Shown here in pieces: positions 39,051 to 48,366 of a stretch of 64,000 bases of DNA. A program made the position numbers and the translations under genes. The notes under the pieces were generated by a model. That model was not told the origin of the DNA. It did no database searches and saw only the letters and a list, made by a program, of their open reading frames with translations. The DNA is taken from assembly GCA_943787465.1 (NCBI GenBank), contig CALSMN010000006.1, positions 205,105-269,104 of the forward strand, in the 5' to 3' direction. Each line of letters opens with the position of its first letter. Position 1 is the stretch's first letter. This DNA is from an uncultured Bacteroidia bacterium. GTDB taxonomy: Bacteria > Bacteroidota > Bacteroidia > NS11-12g > UBA9320.

Positions 39051-40275
39051 ACTGTTTGATTTTTCGGTATAATGTTCGTTCTGAAATCCCTAATTCTTTT
39101 GCGGCTTTTTTTCTTCTACCATTATTTTTTGACAAGGCTTTTCGAATTAATTCTTCTTCTTTGGCTTCCAGAGACAGCACTTCATTTTCTCCTGTAAGAA
39201 TTTGATCTTCAATAACAACTTGATGATAATCATCATCGGTATCTGATTCTTGAGTATGGATGTACTTTACTTTATCTTTGGGAGTTTCTTGAGGGATGAA
39301 ACGAGTGATTGCTGGCTTACTTTTTTCGGTATATTCTTCTCTAGATTCTGGATTATCAAGCATTCCAAAAACAACTTTTCTTAATTCGGAAACATCTTTT
39401 TTTAAATCTATTAATACTTTATAAAATATATCTCGTTCTGAAACGTCACTATCCTTGGTTTGATCATTATATAACGCAGGTAAGTTATTTTCTGCTCGAG
39501 CAGGTAAATATTTTCTTAGAATTTCTGCTGTAATATGAGTCCCTTCCTCTAATACAGATACTTGTTCAGCAATATTTTTGAGTTGACGGATATTCCCTGG
39601 CCAACGATAATTCATTAAAAGTTGTTCCGCATCCATTGTTAGTTCCATCATTTCGTTTCTATATTTTTCGGAAGCATCAAAAGCAAACTTTTGAAATAAC
39701 AGCGATACATCTCCAGGTCTATCTCGAAGTGGAGGTACAGCAATAGGAAGAGTGGCTAAACGATAATATAAATCTTCTCTAAATTTATTTCGATCGACCT
39801 CAGTAATCAAATCCCGATTAGTAGCTGTGATTATTCTCACATCTGTTTTCTGAACCTTACTACTTCCTACTCGAATAAACTCACCATTTTCTAGAATTCG
39901 AAGTAATCTACTCTGCGTTTCTAATGGCAATTCTCCTACTTCATCCAGGAATATAGTACCTCCATTGGCACTCTCAAAATAACCTTTCCTATTATCGACT
40001 GCCCCCGTAAACGCCCCTTTATCATGACCAAATAGTTCAGAATTGATTGTACCCTCTGGTAATGCTCCACAATTAATTGCTATAAACGGTCCATGTTTTC
40101 TCGGACTTAAATGATGAATAATCTTGGAAAAGGATTCTTTACCACTTCCACTTTCGCCTTGTATATATACCGTTAACTCAGTAGAGGCAACACGCATTGC
40201 TGTTTGTAATGCGTAATTCAGCTTGGCTGAATTGCCTATAATTCCAAATCGTTGCTTAACTTGTTGTAAATCCAT
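39034..40275 (-). CDS. Sigma54-dependent transcriptional activator (AAA+ sigma54-interaction domain and C-terminal Fis-type HTH; no N-terminal receiver or sensor domain)
   Basis: Walker A GESGSGKE about 40 aa from the N-terminus; GAFTGA motif; Walker B FLDEVGEL; R-finger. C-terminal KAAKELGISERTLYRKIK HTH preceded by an unusually long (~120 aa) charged linker. Confidence 0.85.
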   Translation of the reverse strand: MDLQQVKQRFGIIGNSAKLNYALQTAMRVASTELTVYIQGESGSGKESFSKIIHHLSPRKHGPFIAINCGALPEGTINSELFGHDKGAFTGAVDNRKGYFESANGGTIFLDEVGELPLETQSRLLRILENGEFIRVGSSKVQKTDVRIITATNRDLITEVDRNKFREDLYYRLATLPIAVPPLRDRPGDVSLLFQKFAFDASEKYRNEMMELTMDAEQLLMNYRWPGNIRQLKNIAEQVSVLEEGTHITAEILRKYLPARAENNLPALYNDQTKDSDVSERDIFYKVLIDLKKDVSELRKVVFGMLDNPESREEYTEKSKPAITRFIPQETPKDKVKYIHTQESDTDDDYHQVVIEDQILTGENEVLSLEAKEEELIRKALSKNNGRRKKAAKELGISERTLYRKIKQYGVEN

Positions 40276-40377
40276 GAATTCTCTGCAAAAATGGCAGATT
40301 TTTTTTGATTTTTGTCAGTAAAATTAAATTATTCGTGGATGACAGTTTCCAAATTCTCAAAAGTGAAAATAGTAATA

Positions 40378-42171
40378 TTATCGCAGTGAATAATTTTCTA
40401 TTTCTATCGTATAGGGCATAATCGCTTGGACACTATGTTTTGTCCCCCATCTTTCTATTTCACTTAATTGATTAATATATGATTCAAATCCAGTATATCT
40501 AGACCATTTTTTTAGCTCGGAACTTAAATTTGAATTCCCTTGAATTTTGCTTACTATTTTTAGAATAGCATCTTGATTTTTGGGATATTCTAGTGTCTTA
40601 TATTCCTCTAAATCAGCTTCTTTAGCTGCAATTCGGATTGCATCTTCCAACCCGCCCAATGCATCAACCAATCCAATATCTTTTGCCATTTTACCAGTCC
40701 AAATTCTGCCTTGTGCAATTTCATTTACTTTTTCTTTAGACATTTTTCTACCGTCAGCAACACGCGTTAAAAAGGTATCATATATTTTATCAATAATTGA
40801 TCCTATGTAAGCCGATTCTTCTTCCGTAAGGGGTCGGTCTATTCTACCTATATCCGAATTTTTACCCGTTTCAACATAATCAAATGTAATCCCCATTTTT
40901 TCATTTAATAAATTTTGAGCATTCGGTATTAATCCAAAAACACCTATTGACCCTGTAATAGTGGTAGGTTCTGCTATAATTTTTCGAGCTGGAGTCGCAA
41001 TATAATAACCACCGCTTGCGGCTACATCACTCATACTGACAATCAAAGGCTTCTCATCGGCAAGTAACTTGGCTTCTCTCCAAATGATCTCACTTGCTAA
41101 AGAACTACCACCACGACTATCAATTCTCAGAACAACTGCTTTTACTTTATCATTTTCTCTTACTGATTTTAATGTTTTTGCCATATCATCAGCCGCAATT
41201 TGACTTCCATCTCCCTTTCCACCTACAATATCTCCCGATGCATATATAATGGCAATACGATCCTGGCTACTACCGGTTGATTTTAATGCTTTAGCATATT
41301 TGGACTCTGAGATTAAAGGTACTTTTTCTGAAGTAGAAATTCCCATTCGTTTTTTCATAGTGGAATAAAACTGATCGCGATAAACGGCTTGATCGATATA
41401 TCCAGCATCTATAAAATCTGATACAGATCGCAATTCTAATTGGTCTGCATCTAACTTCAGCTTATCGATCGCTATTCCCCTAGATTTAGAAATACTGGAC
41501 AAAACCTCGTCAAATACTGAATTGATATATACTTCCATTTGGAGCCTATTCTCAGGACTCAAGTCTTTTCGTGTAAAAGATTCAACAGCACCTTTATACT
41601 TGCCGGCACGAATAGCTTGTACTTCTACACCCATTTTCTCCAAAGCACCTGCAAAAAATGAAACTTTTCCAACCATTCCTGTAAACGATATTTCGCCTTC
41701 CGGATTTACAAACACACTATCTGCTACACTGGCCATGTAATAGGTAGGAAAATAATAATAGTCTGCATAAGCATATACAAATTTTCCCGATCGTTTAAAG
41801 TCTTCCAATTTTGTTCGTATCTCTGTCAACTTCGCATATCCTGCTGAAAAGGAAGTTAAATCTAGTACAATTCCATGAATGTTGTCATCGGATTTTGCCT
41901 GTTCAATTGATTGTAAAATTTGATTTAATCCTACAGGCATATTTGCATTGGGATCTAATGTTTGAAGATAAGATAATGGACCTTCATCAGGTGATTTGTC
42001 CCTCAATGGGTAATTAAGACTTAGATTTAAAATACTGTTTTCAGGGATATCATTATCTGGCTTTGCAAATCTGGCAATGCTCAATCCAAGGAGTAATACA
42101 ATAATAAAACTGATAAAAATGGCTAAGAGATAACCTAAACTGGATGCAAAAACAACTTTAAAAAATTTCAT
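40378..42171 (-). CDS. sppA: Signal peptide peptidase SppA (S49 family, 67K type with two tandem domains)
   Basis: 597 aa, N-terminal TM; two ClpP/crotonase-like S49 domains with conserved Ser/Lys regions (...SMSDVAASGGYY...). Confidence 0.8.
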   Translation of the reverse strand: MKFFKVVFASSLGYLLAIFISFIIVLLLGLSIARFAKPDNDIPENSILNLSLNYPLRDKSPDEGPLSYLQTLDPNANMPVGLNQILQSIEQAKSDDNIHGIVLDLTSFSAGYAKLTEIRTKLEDFKRSGKFVYAYADYYYFPTYYMASVADSVFVNPEGEISFTGMVGKVSFFAGALEKMGVEVQAIRAGKYKGAVESFTRKDLSPENRLQMEVYINSVFDEVLSSISKSRGIAIDKLKLDADQLELRSVSDFIDAGYIDQAVYRDQFYSTMKKRMGISTSEKVPLISESKYAKALKSTGSSQDRIAIIYASGDIVGGKGDGSQIAADDMAKTLKSVRENDKVKAVVLRIDSRGGSSLASEIIWREAKLLADEKPLIVSMSDVAASGGYYIATPARKIIAEPTTITGSIGVFGLIPNAQNLLNEKMGITFDYVETGKNSDIGRIDRPLTEEESAYIGSIIDKIYDTFLTRVADGRKMSKEKVNEIAQGRIWTGKMAKDIGLVDALGGLEDAIRIAAKEADLEEYKTLEYPKNQDAILKIVSKIQGNSNLSSELKKWSRYTGFESYINQLSEIERWGTKHSVQAIMPYTIEIENYSLR

Positions 42172-42188
42172 ACGTTTTTATGTTAGTC

Positions 42189-43751
42189 CTAATAGACCAT
42201 AAATTTAGAAACATATGTTTCTTTATGGGTTTTCAGTAGTACGAAGTAAATACCTGTAGGCTGATTTTTAAATGAAATTTCGTTAAACCTCTTGGGACTT
42301 TCGTTTAAAAGGAGTTGACCATTTGAATTCCAGATTTCAAACTCTATAGGATTAAGTGGTATATTTTTTAATTGGATATGCTGGTTCTTTTCGTTGTATA
42401 CGGCACTCATTAATTTACTTTCTACAAAAGAGGTACTTGCTTGACCCATTGTAAAACGAATTGGCAATTCAATCGTTGATCCCGTTTGACTGGTTAAATT
42501 AATAATCAAATTATCTTGATAAGTTCCTTCTGGCAAAGACTTAAATGATATCAAAACAGGAGAAACATCTCCAACCTTAGCCATGTCATCTACCGATTTG
42601 ATAACTACGTTTCCGGTTGTTGAAGAAACTTGAGTAATGTTTGATATATCTGTATTACCCGTATTGATTAAATAAATAATGCGCTCTGATGTTGGGGATA
42701 CATACGAATAATCAATCTGATCTTGTGCTACTTGAATATCTTTAATTATAGGTGTTGGATCATCCGAACCAATATTATTGATTCGATCCAAAAATTCAGG
42801 ATGATCTATAAATGGATTTCTATTCTTTTGATAACCAAAAATTTTTTCATTGCGTTGTCTATCCCAATCTGAAGGTTGAAATTGCTTATGCCACTGTTTT
42901 AATATGGTTTCTTGACCATCTATAAAATTGCCATAGTCCGTATAACGTATTGCAAAATATAGCATCGCCCTTGCAGCCGTACCTTTGTGTTCATTTCGAG
43001 GTTCGAAAACGCCACTTCCTAGCTTACTTCCTCCACCCGTCCAACTGGGGTTAGTAACAACTCCAAATGGATTATTACTCCTCCTACTATTCGTTGATGC
43101 ATCTGTTGGGTATAAATGATGGATATCTGAACGCTCAGGGTCATTAGAATTAAATAAACTTTGAGGCCACGTATGTTCACAATTTATACTATTGGCATTG
43201 GCTTCAGCCCGAGTACTCATAGTGACTTCTCTGCCTGTATATACGCAGGTAACTTTACCGTTCACATTATCTATATCGCCGTACATATTATCTCTAGCAG
43301 TGGTGTACCCTAAATTTTTATAGTTGTTTGCTAAAATAGATTTTAATTCATCTTTCAAGTCTTGGTAACTCTTATTGAATGTTGATGCATAATACGTATC
43401 AGAATATTTACCGTCTCCTTGTAAATCTATTCGATATTCTGAACCGTCATTGGCTACAATGATGAGCTCTGAATTGTATGCTAAATTATGTTTAGGTTTG
43501 AAAATAACCGATATTTTCTCACTTTCACCTGGCTGAATTGTTCCATTATTGATAGTCCCCGTAAAATCTTCTGCAAATAGGGCCAATTGGCTAACTGTAA
43601 CTGGATAGGTGTTCGTATTATAAATATCTACTGTAATTTCTTTTTGGTTGGTTGTTAACACATCTCCAAAATCAAGTGTTGATGTAGATAGAGTAAGTTG
43701 TGCTTGGGCAAACAAAACCCACAAAACGCATAAAAGACTGTATTTCCGCAT
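42189..43751 (-). CDS. Secreted endonuclease I family nuclease with a C-terminal T9SS type-A sorting domain
   Basis: Signal peptide from internal start MRKYSLLCVLWVLFAQAQ (ORF-track start is 43823). Endonuclease-I core NCEHTWPQS...SDIHHLYPTDASTNSRRSNNPFG. C-terminal ~80 aa IEFEIWNSNGQLLL...PTGIYFVLLKTHKETYVSKFMVY has the por-secretion CTD pattern. Confidence 0.75.
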   Translation of the reverse strand: MRKYSLLCVLWVLFAQAQLTLSTSTLDFGDVLTTNQKEITVDIYNTNTYPVTVSQLALFAEDFTGTINNGTIQPGESEKISVIFKPKHNLAYNSELIIVANDGSEYRIDLQGDGKYSDTYYASTFNKSYQDLKDELKSILANNYKNLGYTTARDNMYGDIDNVNGKVTCVYTGREVTMSTRAEANANSINCEHTWPQSLFNSNDPERSDIHHLYPTDASTNSRRSNNPFGVVTNPSWTGGGSKLGSGVFEPRNEHKGTAARAMLYFAIRYTDYGNFIDGQETILKQWHKQFQPSDWDRQRNEKIFGYQKNRNPFIDHPEFLDRINNIGSDDPTPIIKDIQVAQDQIDYSYVSPTSERIIYLINTGNTDISNITQVSSTTGNVVIKSVDDMAKVGDVSPVLISFKSLPEGTYQDNLIINLTSQTGSTIELPIRFTMGQASTSFVESKLMSAVYNEKNQHIQLKNIPLNPIEFEIWNSNGQLLLNESPKRFNEISFKNQPTGIYFVLLKTHKETYVSKFMVY

Positions 43752-43880
43752 AGTGGCAAAGGTAATCAGAAAAGGTTTAGGTCTTAAAACTGAATGATTA
43801 ATCGAACCATCAATAGAATACATGCAAATCTTTATTCCTTTTTTTTAAGCTAAAAAAAATATTCAGTAATCTAAAAATAG

Positions 43881-44084
43881 TCATTTTTTTATACCCAAAG
43901 CTCCCAACAAACCTCGGGTCAACTCTCTTAAAACCGTTCTTCCTAATTGTCTTACCATGGTGTTTTCTGAGATAGATTCAACCACAGACTTACTTCTTGA
44001 TGGGGGGTTCTGAGATTTCTTTTTTCCCTCATTCAGTTTTTCTTGATTTTCTATTTGATGAGCTATCTTAATTTTACAAGTCAA
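43881..44084 (-). CDS. Orphan 67-aa ORF (uncertain; possible gene remnant)
   Basis: Isolated ORF in a 390-nt gap. Basic, Ser-rich N-terminus; C-terminal VRQLGRTVLRELTRGLLGALGIKK amphipathic segment. Confidence 0.25.
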   Translation of the reverse strand: MTCKIKIAHQIENQEKLNEGKKKSQNPPSRSKSVVESISENTMVRQLGRTVLRELTRGLLGALGIKK

Positions 44085-44212
44085 TATAAAAATAATTACG
44101 CTACCCTATTATCACCTCAAAAATTATACCTCTGACAATTTCCGTTGAAAGGTTGTATACTTTTAACACCTTAAACCATACTTTAAAGCAAAAAATTCTG
44201 TTGATTTGTACC

Positions 44213-45559
44213 ATGCTTACACCACTTTCAGCAATTAGTCCTATCGATGGAAGATACCATAACAAAGTCAATGAATTAGCTCCATATTTTTCTGAATACG
44301 GTCTATTCAAATACCGTGTTTGGGTGGAAATTGAATACTTCATTGCACTATCTGAATTAGATTTAAAACAATTTCCCAAATTATCAGAGGAAAATCAAAC
44401 TTTTTTGAGAACCATCTATCAAAATTTTACCGAAGAAGATGCTCAAGAAATTAAGGACATTGAGAAAACAACTAATCACGATGTTAAAGCTGTAGAATAT
44501 TTCATAAAATCCAAACTAAAAGATACACCCATGGAAGATCTTAGTGAATTTGTTCACTTTGGTTTGACAAGTCAAGATATTAATAATACTGCTATCCCAT
44601 TTAGCCTTCAATTGGGTTTGGATGAAGTAATTATTCCCAGCATCAAAAATATACACGCACATATCCTAAAATTGGCAAAAGAATGGAAAAACATCCCCCT
44701 ACTGAGCCGAACCCATGGACAGGCAGCTACTCCTACCACCGTGGGAAAAGAATTTGCTGTTTTTGCAGAACGTATCCGAATTCAATTAGAAACCCTCATT
44801 AATACTCCAATCAGTGCAAAATTTGGTGGTGCAACTGGTGCATTCAATGCCCACAGACTAGCTTTCCCAGACGTTAACTGGCCCGAGTTTGGTAATCAAC
44901 TGGTTAATGATTTAGGCTTAGTCAGAAGTGACCCCACTACTCAAATAGACCACTATGATCAGCTGGCTGCTATTTTTGATGCCTTACGTAGAATTAATGT
45001 CATACTTATGGATTTTGCCAAAGATATCTGGCAATACATCAGTATGGATTTCTTTAAACAAAAAATTGTAGCTGGTGAGATTGGGTCTAGTGCTATGCCT
45101 CATAAAGTAAATCCGATTGACTTTGAAAATGCGGAGGGTAATTTTGGAATTGCTAATGCATTACTGGATCATTTGAGTAATAAACTACCCATTAGTAGAC
45201 TACAACGAGATTTAACAGATAGTACCGTTTTAAGAAACATAGGGGTTCCTCTTTCGCACATGTTGATAGCCTATAAAAGTATTGAAAAAGGCATGAATAA
45301 GCTCATTCTTCACGAGGATGCTATTCGGCTTGATTTAGACAAAAACTGGGCGGTAGTTGCAGAAGCAATTCAGACCATCCTCCGTCGAGAAAAAGTAGAA
45401 GGTGCCTATGAATTACTCAAAGATCTCACTCGCACAAATAACGGTATTAACGAGGAGAGCATTTCTGAATTTGTAGCTAAGTTGAATGTCTCCGATGCTG
45501 TTAAAATGGAAATCAGTAAAATTACACCATTCAACTATTTGGGATATGCTGCAGAATAA
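44213..45559 (+). CDS. purB: Adenylosuccinate lyase
   Basis: SPIDGRYHNKV N-terminus; fumarate-lyase signature GSSAMPHKVNP. Internal ATG chosen over the ORF-track start at 44153. Confidence 0.95.
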   Translation: MLTPLSAISPIDGRYHNKVNELAPYFSEYGLFKYRVWVEIEYFIALSELDLKQFPKLSEENQTFLRTIYQNFTEEDAQEIKDIEKTTNHDVKAVEYFIKSKLKDTPMEDLSEFVHFGLTSQDINNTAIPFSLQLGLDEVIIPSIKNIHAHILKLAKEWKNIPLLSRTHGQAATPTTVGKEFAVFAERIRIQLETLINTPISAKFGGATGAFNAHRLAFPDVNWPEFGNQLVNDLGLVRSDPTTQIDHYDQLAAIFDALRRINVILMDFAKDIWQYISMDFFKQKIVAGEIGSSAMPHKVNPIDFENAEGNFGIANALLDHLSNKLPISRLQRDLTDSTVLRNIGVPLSHMLIAYKSIEKGMNKLILHEDAIRLDLDKNWAVVAEAIQTILRREKVEGAYELLKDLTRTNNGINEESISEFVAKLNVSDAVKMEISKITPFNYLGYAAE

Positions 45560-45914
45560 AAAAACGCTTGTAATTGGTGCTACGCCGAAAACTGAACGAT
45601 ATGGATACATGGCTACGGAGATGCTTCATAAAAAGGGACATGATGTTGTACCCTATGGCATTAAAAAGGGAAATATAGGCTCCTTGAATATCCGCAACCA
45701 ATGGCCGACTGATACCGATTTTCATACCATCACCTTGTATATTAATAAACAATTACAGACACAGTATATAGATCGCATCTTAGCCCTTAAACCGCATCGC
45801 ATTATTTTTAATCCAGGTACCGAAAATATTGAACTTTTCCAACTCGCCGAGCACAAAAATATAACACCCATAAATGCATGTACATTAGTACTTTTGCAAA
45901 CCAATCAATTTTAA
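45546..45914 (+). CDS. CoA-binding domain protein (YccU-like)
   Basis: KKTLVIGATPKTERYGYMATEMLHKKGHDVVPYGIKKGNI matches the CoA-binding Rossmann-like family. Overlaps the purB 3' end by 14 nt. Confidence 0.65.
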   Translation: MLQNKKTLVIGATPKTERYGYMATEMLHKKGHDVVPYGIKKGNIGSLNIRNQWPTDTDFHTITLYINKQLQTQYIDRILALKPHRIIFNPGTENIELFQLAEHKNITPINACTLVLLQTNQF

Positions 45915-45917
45915 GAC

Positions 45918-46688
45918 ATGAAAAAAAATTACATTTTACTACTAACGGCATTTATTTTAGCTTGTACTCCAAGTCAAGAATCTCAACTAGCAAAAATTCA
46001 AGCTTTTGAAAAATCTGAAAAAACGGCCACTAAAGAAGGTTTAGAAAAACTGGCTCTTCTTCACAAAAACTATGGACTCAAATATCAAGATGAAATAGCT
46101 AATAACTACCTGTACGCAGCAGCTCAACACTATTTTTATGAGCAAGATACCGTAGAATCAATAGCACTATTATCAGAATATATTACACGTGATGACTCTT
46201 CTGATCGGTACAGAAATGCTGCCATTAATCTTGCTATCATGTATGCAAGACAGCATAAATATGAACAAACAGAGGAACTAATAGCCGAATTATTGGATAA
46301 AAATCTACCAACTCACGCCCAGTGGCAGGACATCATTACCCTTTATGAGAATAAATTAAAAGATGCAACAACAACGCTTAGACCAAAGGATTTTGAAAAT
46401 TTAACTATGGGATATACCGCTGTAGGTAGATATGCTGATGCTGTTAGAAGCCTTGACAATGCAATCCATAAATGGTCAAAATTTGACAATAGAAGTAACC
46501 TAATTTACAGGGCAGGTTTTATTGCTTGGGAATACCAAAAAAATATTCCGTTAGCTAAATCCTATTACAATCGATTTCTTGAAGAGTATCCGAATGATGA
46601 AAAGGCTGCTGAAGTACGTCAAATGCTACATGACGGTATTCTAGAAATGAGTGATGAAGCAATTTTGAATATGTTAAAAGGGAAATAA
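45918..46688 (+). CDS. TPR-repeat lipoprotein
   Basis: Lipobox LTAFILAC; helical TPR-like repeats. Confidence 0.55.
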   Translation: MKKNYILLLTAFILACTPSQESQLAKIQAFEKSEKTATKEGLEKLALLHKNYGLKYQDEIANNYLYAAAQHYFYEQDTVESIALLSEYITRDDSSDRYRNAAINLAIMYARQHKYEQTEELIAELLDKNLPTHAQWQDIITLYENKLKDATTTLRPKDFENLTMGYTAVGRYADAVRSLDNAIHKWSKFDNRSNLIYRAGFIAWEYQKNIPLAKSYYNRFLEEYPNDEKAAEVRQMLHDGILEMSDEAILNMLKGK

Positions 46689-47449
46689 TGCCGACAGCAC
46701 TTATTACAGGAACTACATCTGGTATTGGGCAAGCTTCTGCCTATACACTAGCTAAACAGGGATATCATTTGATTCTAAATGGAAGACGAAAAGATCGTCT
46801 CGAAGAACAAGCAAAAGAGCTTGAGAAAAAGTATGGCATACAAACACTCCTGATGCCTGTTGATGTGAGAAATCATAATGAAGTAGCGGATTTTTTTAAT
46901 GCTTTACCTCAAGCATGGAAATCAATCCATGTACTTATAAATAATGCGGGTTTGGCTGCTGGCATGAATACTTTAGAAGAAGGTAGCTTGGACCATTGGA
47001 ACCGCATGATTGATACCAACATCAAAGGGTTGTTGCATGTGACTAAACACCTAATACCCATACTTAAAAAAACAAATGGTCATATTGTCAATATTGGATC
47101 AATAGCTGGCAAAGAAGTCTATACCAATGGAAATGTATATTGTGGAACTAAACATATGGTAGATGCCTTGAACAAGGCAATGAGAAAAGAACTAGCCGAG
47201 CACGGAATTCGGGTAAGTAGCGTTAATCCTGGAGCTGTTGAAACTGAATTCTCCATAGTCCGAATGGATGGTAATGAAGAAAAAGCAAAACATGTATACG
47301 AAGGATTCGAAAACCTGATTGCCCAAGACATTGCCGATGCCATTTGGTTCATTTTAAGTAGGCCAAAACATGTAAACATCAATGAATTGATCATCATGCC
47401 TACAGCACAGCCTGTTGCTGGCGAAGTAATTCGAAATAAAGGACTTTAA
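46688..47449 (+). CDS. SDR-family NAD(P)-dependent oxidoreductase
   Basis: TGTTSGIGQASA cofactor motif, NNAG, catalytic YCGTKH. Confidence 0.85.
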   Translation: MPTALITGTTSGIGQASAYTLAKQGYHLILNGRRKDRLEEQAKELEKKYGIQTLLMPVDVRNHNEVADFFNALPQAWKSIHVLINNAGLAAGMNTLEEGSLDHWNRMIDTNIKGLLHVTKHLIPILKKTNGHIVNIGSIAGKEVYTNGNVYCGTKHMVDALNKAMRKELAEHGIRVSSVNPGAVETEFSIVRMDGNEEKAKHVYEGFENLIAQDIADAIWFILSRPKHVNINELIIMPTAQPVAGEVIRNKGL

Positions 47450-48255
47450 TATCCCGAAGCTCCCATCAAACGGGTGTCTCTTGAATGTATACTCATAACA
47501 GGTATGGTGCTGCTATTGACGAGCTGTTGAGCATAGCTACCCATGAAAAATCCAGCACTCTCCGTTTCGGTCATAATTAACATTAATCCAGCGTTAACTT
47601 CTTCGCCGTATGCAATACAGGTCTCAGGGACATTCACTCCATACTTTTCCTCTTGTGTACATTGAACACCCTTCTGATTTAGGTAATTTACTGTTTGATT
47701 CACATAGGAGTGAACATGTTTCTGTGTCTCTGAAGAACTATTTTTTGATGTCCCTAAAACGTGAACGGTAGCACCAAACGCATTTGCTAATTTCAAACAA
47801 TACGATACTTTTTGTCGAGTTGTAATCGAGTTTACTAAAGGTAACAAGATATGATTTAATTCTGGTGAAGATTTATTTTCTTGGACACTGATTACCGGAC
47901 AATTTGAACTACTAATCACTTTGTAAGCGTTGCTGCCCATCCAATTTGATTTCCAACCACTTGTCCCATGAGTACCAATCAATATCAAACTAAAGTCGTG
48001 TTCTTTCTCTAGTTGAATCACCTCGTCATATACTCTACCTTTTCGCTGAATAATTTCTAATTTTAAATGCTTAGTTTCAGCAAATTTGAGGAGATAAGAT
48101 GCACAAAGTTCCATGTCAGTAGTCGTTTCTGGAACAACTAAAGCTGTTACCTCTGAATTAAATTTTTGAGCTATTCCATAGGCACTTTGCATAGCAGATT
48201 TTGATGAATCACTTCCATCATACGCTACTAAAATTTTGTTAAATGCCGTATTCAT
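47446..48255 (-). CDS. Tandem universal stress protein (UspA family)
   Basis: Two Usp domains, each ending in G(T/S)HG..G motifs (LILIGTHGTSG; MLIMTETESAG). Its stop overlaps the SDR stop (shared TTAA). Confidence 0.8.
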   Translation of the reverse strand: MNTAFNKILVAYDGSDSSKSAMQSAYGIAQKFNSEVTALVVPETTTDMELCASYLLKFAETKHLKLEIIQRKGRVYDEVIQLEKEHDFSLILIGTHGTSGWKSNWMGSNAYKVISSSNCPVISVQENKSSPELNHILLPLVNSITTRQKVSYCLKLANAFGATVHVLGTSKNSSSETQKHVHSYVNQTVNYLNQKGVQCTQEEKYGVNVPETCIAYGEEVNAGLMLIMTETESAGFFMGSYAQQLVNSSTIPVMSIHSRDTRLMGASGY

Positions 48256-48366
48256 TGTTTTAGTATTTAATTAGTTTTGGGTTGTTAAATATACATAATA
48301 AGTTCCAAAAAGTCAAAAAATTAGCAGATTAACTTAAAAACGAATAAAAAAAATAAGGATCGTTGG

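Noticed and set aside
44085-44212. Possible purine or other riboswitch in the purB leader
   Set aside because: No conserved riboswitch core sequences, only a short imperfect hairpin (TATACCTC...GGTTGTATA).
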